Assembly (NCBI GenBank): GCA_902492105.1
Contig: CABUKD010000002.1
Span: 9,155-73,154 of the forward strand
DNA length: 64,000 nucleotides
Source: an uncultured Clostridium sp.
GTDB lineage: Bacteria; Bacillota; Clostridia; TANB77; CAG-508
Direction: 5' to 3'
Shown: piece after piece, positions 56,941 through 64,000 of the stretch
Position numbering within the stretch: position 1 is the first letter of the stretch
Layout: each line of letters opens with the position of its first letter
Program-made: the position numbers and the translations under genes
The notes under the pieces: generated by a model
Told to the model about the DNA's origin: nothing
Seen by the model: only the letters and a program-made list of their open reading frames with translations
The model's database searches: none

Positions 56941-57972
56941 CTATCTTCTTCTTCTTGAATTCATAAGTACAGTTCTTAGTTTTTCTAAGTCTTCTAATGT
57001 TTTTTCTGCTCCTCTTGCTACACATTCTAAAGGATTTTCTGCAATATATACAGGCATTTCTGTTTTTTCTGCTAATAATTGCTCTAAATTTTGGATGAGT
57101 GCTCCTCCACCTGCTAATACAATTCCTCTTTCCATAATGTCAGAAGCAAGTTCTGGTGGTGTTTTTTCTAAAGTTTGTTTTACAACATCTACAATTTTAT
57201 TAATGGATTCTTGCATTGCTTCTTGTACTTGTACAGAAGAAATTTTTAACGTTTGTGGTAGACCTGTAATTAAGTCTCTACCTCTAATTTCCATAATGCT
57301 TTCTGTCATTAATGGTTGTGCACATCCTATTGTTTTTTTCACTTGTTCTGCTGTTGTTTCTCCTATAGCTAAATTCATTTCTTTTTTAACATAATTAATA
57401 ATATCTTGGTCTAATTCGTCTCCTGCAATTCTTAAAGAATTGCTAATAACAATGCCACCTAAAGAAATAACTGCTACTTCTGTGGTTCCTCCACCAATAT
57501 CTACAATAATATTTCCTGTAGGTTCAGATACTTCTAAATTAGCACCAATGGCAGCAGCCATAGGTTCTTCTATTAGATAAACTTCTTTGGCACCTGCTTG
57601 TAAAATAGATTCTTCTACAGCTCTTTCTTCTACTTCTGTAATACCAGAAGGTACCCCTACTACTACTCTTGGTTTTCCTACATTATATCTTTGGCAAACT
57701 TTTTGAAGCATACTTTTTAGCATTAATTCTGTGGCGGAAAAATCTGCAATTACCCCGTCTTGCATTGGCCTAATTGCTAAAATATCTCCTGGTGTTCTTC
57801 CTAACATTTCTTTTGCTTCATTACCAGTACCCAAAATAGCTCCTGTCCTTCTTTCTATTGCTACTACTGATGGCTCATTTAATACAATTCCTTTTCCTTT
57901 TAATGTAATAATAATATTTGCAGTTCCTAAATCTATTCCAATATCTTTTGTTGTCCATCCTGTCAATTTCAT
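56941..57972 (-). CDS. mreB: Rod shape-determining protein MreB
   Basis: DIGIDLGTANIII...EPSVVA...VVGVPSGITEVEERA...DIGGGTTEVAVISLGGIV are the actin-like ATPase motifs. Confidence 0.95.
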   Translation of the reverse strand: MKLTGWTTKDIGIDLGTANIIITLKGKGIVLNEPSVVAIERRTGAILGTGNEAKEMLGRTPGDILAIRPMQDGVIADFSATELMLKSMLQKVCQRYNVGKPRVVVGVPSGITEVEERAVEESILQAGAKEVYLIEEPMAAAIGANLEVSEPTGNIIVDIGGGTTEVAVISLGGIVISNSLRIAGDELDQDIINYVKKEMNLAIGETTAEQVKKTIGCAQPLMTESIMEIRGRDLITGLPQTLKISSVQVQEAMQESINKIVDVVKQTLEKTPPELASDIMERGIVLAGGGALIQNLEQLLAEKTEMPVYIAENPLECVARGAEKTLEDLEKLRTVLMNSRRRR

Positions 57973-57973
57973 G

Positions 57974-58690
57974 TTATTCTTTCCTTCCTTTCTCTAACAA
58001 ATAAGCTTTAATGCTTGTATATTCATTATCTCCAATTACAATATGGTCTAACATTTGAATACCTAATAATTGTGAAGCTTCTTCCATTTTTCTGGTAAAT
58101 TCACAATCTTTTATACTTGGAGTAGAATCACCGCTTGGGTGATTATGTACTAAAATAATTTTAGGTGCCCCTCTTTTGATTGCTTCTATAAACACATCTT
58201 TTGGATCCACATGTGCGGAATTGGTAGATCCAAATGCAATGTTTTGTACTTTTATTACTACATTTTGGGAATTTAATATTACTACTTTCACTATTTCTCT
58301 TTTCTCTCTTTGTAATTCAGCCATTACTATATTTGCTGCGTCTTGGGGACATTTTACTTTTATTTTTAATGCTTCAATTGGCCTTGCCATTCGTCTAGTA
58401 AGTTCACAAACTGCTTTTAATTGAATAGCTTTTACTTTACCTATACCATGAATTTGCATTAATTCTTGTATCGATAATTCTTGTAAAAAATTCAAATTAT
58501 CTTGTTTACAATTTTTTTGTTTTCCTAGTGAAAGTATTTTTTGTGCTAGCGTTACTGAACTTTCTTCTTTTGTTCCACTTTTGATAATTATCGCTAGTAA
58601 TTCTGCATTAGATAATGTATTTTCTCCATACATTTCTAGTTTTTCATAAGGTCTTTCTGAAATTGGGAGCTCTTTCATTTTTATTGCCAT
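57974..58690 (-). CDS. radC: RadC-family JAB-domain protein
   Basis: It has an HhH region (IHGIGKVKAIQL) and the JAB/MPN motif ILVHNHPSGDSTPS. Confidence 0.9.
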   Translation of the reverse strand: MAIKMKELPISERPYEKLEMYGENTLSNAELLAIIIKSGTKEESSVTLAQKILSLGKQKNCKQDNLNFLQELSIQELMQIHGIGKVKAIQLKAVCELTRRMARPIEALKIKVKCPQDAANIVMAELQREKREIVKVVILNSQNVVIKVQNIAFGSTNSAHVDPKDVFIEAIKRGAPKIILVHNHPSGDSTPSIKDCEFTRKMEEASQLLGIQMLDHIVIGDNEYTSIKAYLLEKGRKE

Positions 58691-58902
58691 AGCATAACAT
58701 CCTTTCTTTTTTGGTAGTGCTCCCTTTAAATATTTTTTGAATAAAATAGATAAATTTAATCTTATTAAATAACAAAATTTTTAATTTTTTTATATATACA
58801 TTTACTTAACAATACTTCTAAATATATATATATTCAATTTTATTATTTTTTAAAATAGATTATAAATAAAGTATTTTCCCCTTTTTTCTTTTTATTCACT
58901 AT

Positions 58903-59160
58903 TTATATTTTTTTATAAATAAAAATAGCTAATACAATACCAATAATACTTGCTATATTAATTTTAAACATAAGTCCAAATGTTAGTGTAATTACATTTA
59001 AGTCTAATTGAATTGGGGTAGCTAGTCCAAATTCTTCTCCATAAGATAACCATGACAAAAAGCTAACATTAGAAGCAAGTTCTCCTAATAAACCTCCAAC
59101 TACAATTCCACTTAAAATAAATAAAATTAAAATCCATATATTTTTTTCTCTAGTAGCCAT
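58903..59160 (-). CDS. DUF4321-like small membrane protein
   Basis: The 85-aa protein has two TM helices and the segment GGLLGELASNVSFLSWLSYG. It has the typical location next to the radC/mre cluster. Confidence 0.7.
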   Translation of the reverse strand: MATREKNIWILILFILSGIVVGGLLGELASNVSFLSWLSYGEEFGLATPIQLDLNVITLTFGLMFKINIASIIGIVLAIFIYKKI

Positions 59161-59389
59161 GTTTTCCTCCTTAGTAGTTATTGTTTATTTTTTTACATGA
59201 TAGTATTATATATGCAAATTACATTTTTTTCAAGATGAATGCTATATTTTTCATAAAATATATTCCCTTTTCTATTTTTTTATGTTATATTAATTGGTAC
59301 TAAAAAAATTTTCCATAAATTGTTGGTTTCATTTATGAAACATTAGTAGTATAATAATAATAAATTGAAATGTATTTGGAGGCTTATGA

Positions 59390-60049
59390 ATGAAATTTGA
59401 AAAAATTAGTGAGAATAAAATTAGAATTACCTTAACTATCCAAGATTTAGCAGAAAAAGAAATAGATTTTCAGGTATTTATGTCTAATTCTATTGAATCA
59501 CAAGATATTTTGCTTTCTATGTTGGAAGAAGCAAAAAAGGAAACAGGTTTTGATCCAGGAGATTATAATTTAAAAGTAGAAGCTCTAGCGTTGGCAGATA
59601 CTAATTTTATTTTTACTATTACTAAAATAGTGCCAGAATTGGAGCAAAGAAAAGATGCAGAAAAAATAAAAGCTCCAAAAAGAAAATTTACGGTAAAGAG
59701 AAAAAGCTTTAATCCTACTAACACGGCGAATACCCAAATCGTTTATTCTTTTGCATGTTTTGAGGATTTTTGCCATTTTCTAGAATTTTTAGAAGAAAGT
59801 AACTTATTTTCTTCTACCAAGGAAATTGCAAAATCTATTTCACTTTATTGTTATAGAGAAAAATACTATTTATTAATGAATAAAGTAAACCCTGAAGCAG
59901 CTAAGAAAATGCAATTTTATACTAATATTACAGAATTTGCAAAGTATGTTACAAATTCTAAAGTTTTTGCTAGTAAGTTAGTAGAATGTGGAAATTTAAT
60001 TATGAAGGATAATGCCTTAGAAATTGGTTTCGAACATTTTGTGAAATGA
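59390..60049 (+). CDS. mecA: Adaptor protein MecA
   Basis: MKFEKISENKIRITLTIQDLAEKEIDF... is the characteristic MecA N-terminus. The protein is 219 aa. Confidence 0.85.
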   Translation: MKFEKISENKIRITLTIQDLAEKEIDFQVFMSNSIESQDILLSMLEEAKKETGFDPGDYNLKVEALALADTNFIFTITKIVPELEQRKDAEKIKAPKRKFTVKRKSFNPTNTANTQIVYSFACFEDFCHFLEFLEESNLFSSTKEIAKSISLYCYREKYYLLMNKVNPEAAKKMQFYTNITEFAKYVTNSKVFASKLVECGNLIMKDNALEIGFEHFVK

Positions 60050-60095
60050 AAATTAAAAAAGAATTTAGCTTAATACATAACAAAATTTATTTTTA

Positions 60096-60240
60096 TAAAG
60101 TATTAGAATTGTCTTTTTCAATTTTTAAAACCTTTCCCCTTTTGGACATCTGTAACTTAAGCATAAATGCCTTGAACAGCTGTCACAATGGTCACCCACG
60201 CAAGGTCTTAAAAATTTCAAAAGACAATTCTAATGCTTTA
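60096..60240 (+). repeat. Family-2 hairpin-bounded ~145-bp element, copy D1
   Basis: The ~33-bp imperfect terminal inverted repeat pairs aaagtattagaattgtctttttcaatttttaa with ttaaaaatttcaaaagacaattctaatgcttt. The interior is ...ggacatctgtaacttaagcataaatgccttgaacagctgtcacaatggtcacccacgcaagg. It overlaps the spurious ORF 60046..60300. Confidence 0.75.
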
Positions 60241-60273
60241 AAACTTTTTTATCATATTTTTCTTTTTATTTTT

Positions 60274-61269
60274 TTAATATACATAATTTTGTGGATTTAA
60301 AATAGTTCCATTTTTTCTTACTTCTAAATGTAAGTGTGGACCTGTAGAATTTCCTGTAGAACCTACTTTTGCTATTACTTGCCCTTGTGATACTTTTTGT
60401 CCCTGTGTTGCAATAAGTTGGCTACAATGAGCATATAAAGTTTCTACTCCATTTCCATGAGATATTTTTATCATGTATCCATAAGAGCCATTATAACCTG
60501 CAACAGTTACAGTTCCTGCTGCTGCTGCTTTTATTGGGGTACCAGTTGATGCTGCAATATCTAATCCTCTATGAGCAGAACTACGGATACTTTCTCTACT
60601 TCCAAATCTAGACATAATAATTCCTGAAATTGGTCTTATTAGTGTAATACCAATATCTACTTTTGCGCTGGATACACCAGATACTGTTCCAGATGAAGCA
60701 TAGGTATATGTAACTTTTGGTTTTGGTGCTTCATACAATTTAGAAACACATTTTTCTACAGAAGTAAATTCTTTTGTGGCAGTATCGTATTTTTCTACAA
60801 TACCAATATCATCTTCGTTTTGACTATTTTTATCTTTTAATTTTTCTATAACTTCTTCTGCTTCTTCAAAAGTAGCTACATATACTTTTTCTTCTTTATC
60901 GTCTGTAATTGCATAATATTTATAATATTGTGTTCCATTTTCTGTTACTTTGCTATAAATTTCATCATCATTAGTGATAATGTCTTTTTTAAGCAAACAT
61001 AATGTATATTCTGGTACAGAATCTATTTGTCTAAAAGCAATTCCTTCTTCTGTATTACCTTCCATGTATTGGTTAATTTTATTTTGTAACTCACTTTTAT
61101 TTTCAGTATAGCCTATTAATTCACCATTTAAAGATACTGCATATGTTGGTTTATAAAAAAATGCAATTGCCCCTATGATAAGAAATACAGATACGATTGT
61201 TAGTACAATTATTTTAATAGATGTTCGAAAGAACATGGCAAATTTTTTTAAACTACTAATGTTAAACAC
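60274..61269 (-). CDS. M23 family metallopeptidase with N-terminal membrane anchor
   Basis: The C-terminus HRGLDIAASTGTPIKAAAAGTV...YAHCS...GSTGNSTGPHLHLEV is the LytM/M23 signature. Confidence 0.9.
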   Translation of the reverse strand: MFNISSLKKFAMFFRTSIKIIVLTIVSVFLIIGAIAFFYKPTYAVSLNGELIGYTENKSELQNKINQYMEGNTEEGIAFRQIDSVPEYTLCLLKKDIITNDDEIYSKVTENGTQYYKYYAITDDKEEKVYVATFEEAEEVIEKLKDKNSQNEDDIGIVEKYDTATKEFTSVEKCVSKLYEAPKPKVTYTYASSGTVSGVSSAKVDIGITLIRPISGIIMSRFGSRESIRSSAHRGLDIAASTGTPIKAAAAGTVTVAGYNGSYGYMIKISHGNGVETLYAHCSQLIATQGQKVSQGQVIAKVGSTGNSTGPHLHLEVRKNGTILNPQNYVY

Positions 61270-61628
61270 TCCTATCTCTTTTTTTATTTCTTATCTATTT
61301 TATCTTAAATTTATTTTTTTGACAAGATATTTTTATATTTATTTTCTTCGTTTTTTCTTATTTCCGTAAGTAAATCTCTTGTTTTCTCACTTTTTTGCTT
61401 ATTTTTATCTTTTTCTTTTTTATTTTTCATAGTTGCATAGTTGCTTTTTCTATTCACTTTATTTATAAAGTATTTATGGTTCCTTTCTTTTTTATTTTTT
61501 CATTTTTCTTATTCATCAATAAAAAAATACCCTTACTATAATTTGTAAGGATATTTATTTTTCTATTTATAAAATTTATTCAATTTGTAGTAAAAACTTA
61601 TAATACACTTAGCATGTACTAAATACTT

Positions 61629-61874
61629 TTATTGTTCTAGTTGTGTTTTAACTGTTTGAATTTCAGTAACAGTTGCTTTTTGTGCAGGTTGATAGTATCC
61701 TTTGGTTTGTGCTACTTTGAACAATTCATATTGAAAACTTTCATCATTGTTTCTAATTTGTTGCAAGGTTTGTCTTAATTGCATATTTTCTGCTTCTGTA
61801 ATAGCTGTTTGGTAAGCTGTTAAATCTGATTTCACTCCTGCTAAAATATCATTTACCATTGTTTTTTCATCCAT
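61629..61874 (-). CDS. CotF-like spore coat protein
   Basis: The 81-aa protein has DILAGVKSDLTAYQTAITEAENMQLRQTLQQIRNNDESFQYELFKVA, typical of Coat F domain proteins. Confidence 0.75.
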   Translation of the reverse strand: MDEKTMVNDILAGVKSDLTAYQTAITEAENMQLRQTLQQIRNNDESFQYELFKVAQTKGYYQPAQKATVTEIQTVKTQLEQ

Positions 61875-61946
61875 GTTTTTATTTCCTCCTTATTTGTTTT
61901 ACAATATCGTCATTACACAATTTTTATTATCTTTTTGATTATTAAA

Positions 61947-62135
61947 TTAATTATTTAAAAATGATAATAATTTTTGTTTTGTATTTAAAGCATCTTGTGC
62001 AGATTTTGCAAACATTTGCTTAATTTGTGGATCTACTGCTTGTGATGAAAAAGTATTTAATTTTTGATAAGCAGTCTCATGAGCTCCTATTAAATGTCTT
62101 AAATGTTGTAATTCTAATTGATTTAAATTTGGCAT
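61947..62135 (-). CDS. Small helical protein, probable coat-protein partner
   Basis: The likely start is MPNLNQ at 62135, after AAGGAAGGA. The segment LELQHLRHLIGAHETAYQKLNTFSSQAVDPQIKQMF resembles the short proteins encoded next to CotF-like genes. Confidence 0.6.
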   Translation of the reverse strand: MPNLNQLELQHLRHLIGAHETAYQKLNTFSSQAVDPQIKQMFAKSAQDALNTKQKLLSFLNN

Positions 62136-62269
62136 AATTATCCTTCCTTTCTTAATCAATAATCTATTTATATTATGGAGCTTTTTGCTTGTTTTTATAC
62201 AATTTTTTTAAAATTTGAATAACAGAATAAAAAAAAGAAACTGTACTAAAAATATTGTAATGTATCATA

Positions 62270-62410
62270 AAAGTATTAGGATTGTCTTTTGAAATTTTTA
62301 AGCCTTGCGTGGGCAACCATTGTGACAGCTGTTCGAAGCATTTATGCCGAGTTACAGATGTCCAAAAGGGGAAAGGCTTTAAAAATTGAAAAAGACAATC
62401 CTAATACTTT
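62270..62410 (-). repeat. Family-2 hairpin-bounded element, copy D2 (inverted relative to D1)
   Basis: It is the reverse complement of D1 at roughly 90% identity. Both arms carry AGG/CCT where D1 carries AGA/TCT, which is a compensatory change. Confidence 0.75.
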
Positions 62411-62448
62411 ATTATATATTCTTATGTTTTAAGATATTTTCCTACTAG

Positions 62449-64000
62449 TTATAAAATTTCTAATACTACAAATTTTGCCATTAACCTTTTATGTCCAGAT
62501 TTATCAAACTGGATATCTAATTTATAGTCATCACCTTCTGGTTCTATTTTTTGAATCGTTCCTTCACCAAATTTTTTGTGATATACTCTTTGTCCTTCTT
62601 TATATTTGCTAATATCAAACTCTGTTTGGTTTTGTTTTTGATTTAAAGAATTTAAGAAGCTTTCTGCTGTTCTAAATTGGTAAGTAGTTTGCGTTTTTGG
62701 TTTTATGTTTACTGGTTCTTTTGCTGTATTGATGGAATAAGTAGTTACTTTACCTGCAGTTTGATAATTTTGTCCAAATGGGTTTGATTTTTTACTAAAG
62801 GAATTGCCATATTCCCATTGATATCCCATGTCATTAAATTTTTCTTCTTCATCATTATTAACAATTCCGTCTAATAAATTATCTGGAATTTCTTTTACAA
62901 AACGGGAAATAGCATTATAACTGGTAGAACCAAAAATAGTTCTATGTTTGCTACAAGTTAAATATAAAAATTGTTTTGCTCTTGTAATACCTACATAAAA
63001 TAAACGTCTTTCTTCTTCTAATTCTCTTGGTTCTCCCATGGATTGGTAACCAGGGAAAATACCTTCTTCCATTCCCACTAAGAAAACTACTGGAAACTCT
63101 AGCCCTTTTGCACTATGTAAGGTCATTAGTGTAACACTATTTTCACTATCTTCCATACCATCAATATCACTTGTTAAAGTAATACTTTCTAGAAATTCTG
63201 CTAAAGTATTATCTGCAGATTCTTCTTCAAATTCTATGGCGACAGTTAAAAATTCTTCTAAGTTTTGTAGTCTTGTTTCTGCCTCTACTGTATTTTCTAA
63301 TTCCAAGGCTTTTGTATAGCCTGATTTTTTTAATACTTGTTTAATTAATTCAGAAATACTAAGTTCTTCTCTTTTAACTCTTAGTTCTTCTATAAGTTCA
63401 ATAAATTCTTGTGCATTTGCTTTAATTCTGTTAAAACCAAACTCGTCTGCGTGTTTAATAATTTCATACATGGAAACCCCTTTTTCGTCAGATACTTGCT
63501 GAATATTATCTAAACTGGTTTTTCCTATGCCACGTTTTGGTTCATTAATAATTCTTTTTAGCGATAAATTATCAGATGGATTATGAATTAACCTTAAATA
63601 AGCAATAACATCCTTAATTTCTTTTCTTTCGTAGAATTTTACACCACCTACTACTTTATAGGGAATATTTTCTCTTCTTAAAATATCTTCTATTGCTCTA
63701 GACTGTGCATTCATACGATACAAAATAACAAAATCGGATGGTTTTAAATATTCTTCTGTTTTTAGGTGATTAATTTGCTGTACAATATAATTTGCTTCGT
63801 CATACTCATCTTCTGCTTGATATAAGCAAGGAAGGCTTCCTTCCTCGTTTTCAGTCCATAATTTCTTTTCATATTTATTTTCATTATGCTTAATAACAGC
63901 ATTTGCTGCTTTTAAAATATTACCGGTACAACGATAATTTTGCTCTAGCTTAATAATTTTAGTACCTGGAAAATCTTTTTCAAAATTTAAAATGTTAGTA
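62449..64000 (-). CDS. pcrA: ATP-dependent DNA helicase PcrA/UvrD (5' end beyond window)
   Basis: The frame stays open from 63723 to 64000 (...LEQNYRCTGNILKAANAVI..., motif IV). Motifs V and VI are VTLMTLHSAKGLEFPVVF and RRLFYVGITRAK. The C-terminus is a PcrA Tudor-like tail. Confidence 0.9.
   Translation of the reverse strand, partial: TNILNFEKDFPGTKIIKLEQNYRCTGNILKAANAVIKHNENKYEKKLWTENEEGSLPCLYQAEDEYDEANYIVQQINHLKTEEYLKPSDFVILYRMNAQSRAIEDILRRENIPYKVVGGVKFYERKEIKDVIAYLRLIHNPSDNLSLKRIINEPKRGIGKTSLDNIQQVSDEKGVSMYEIIKHADEFGFNRIKANAQEFIELIEELRVKREELSISELIKQVLKKSGYTKALELENTVEAETRLQNLEEFLTVAIEFEEESADNTLAEFLESITLTSDIDGMEDSENSVTLMTLHSAKGLEFPVVFLVGMEEGIFPGYQSMGEPRELEEERRLFYVGITRAKQFLYLTCSKHRTIFGSTSYNAISRFVKEIPDNLLDGIVNNDEEEKFNDMGYQWEYGNSFSKKSNPFGQNYQTAGKVTTYSINTAKEPVNIKPKTQTTYQFRTAESFLNSLNQKQNQTEFDISKYKEGQRVYHKKFGEGTIQKIEPEGDDYKLDIQFDKSGHKRLMAKFVVLEIL

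Noticed and set aside
1-64000. Prophage, IS element or integrative element explaining the accessory region
   Set aside because: No integrase, transposase, recombinase, phage structural or conjugation genes could be recognised in any frame. Only non-autonomous repeat elements are present.

Overview
This 64-kb window is very AT-rich, and its core genes look like a spore-forming, Clostridia-like Firmicute. That call rests only on gene content, because no database search was possible.

Core genes, most on the minus strand:
- a two-component pair in which the histidine kinase carries a 3' frameshift
- an AI-2E-family permease, xth, a SleB-type cell-wall hydrolase, lemA-htpX, tatD, acpS and spoIIE
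- radC-mreBCD-PBP2-minC, mecA, an M23 peptidase, CotF-like coat genes and pcrA (partial)

About 28 kb (roughly 43% of the window) encodes eight paralogous surface proteins:
- Two tandem pairs of proteins have a type-IV-prepilin-like N-terminus that lacks Glu+5. One pair carries FN3/Big_2 domains and the other carries DUF285/BspA-type leucine-rich repeats.
- Two copies of a two-gene giant adhesin module are also present. Gene A is 1666/1707 aa with DUF11-like and SdrD-B-like repeats. Gene B is 1729/1824 aa with a Cys...Gln thioester-domain signature. Both genes end in non-canonical sortase-like C-terminal signals, and no sortase gene is in the window.
- Between the two giant modules lie a type III toxin-antitoxin locus (2 x 45-nt RNA repeats, terminator, ToxN/AbiQ/CptN-like toxin) and an orphan YcaO-TPR protein.

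Candidate undescribed features, strongest first:
1. A leader module occurs four times, once in front of each pilin-like gene. It has a near-consensus sigmaA promoter, then a short RBS-preceded leader ORF running through an (AG)10-11 tract, then an intrinsic terminator supported at the RNA level. Only repeat numbers divisible by 3 open a frame that reads into the terminator. I read this as a candidate phase-variable translational attenuator.
2. Two unclassified families of hairpin-bounded ~150-bp elements show compensatory base-pair changes between copies.
3. BIME-like arrays of GGGACGTTCC palindromes and small hairpins flank xth.

All functional calls come from motif recognition by eye. Nothing was searched or computed beyond manual alignment.
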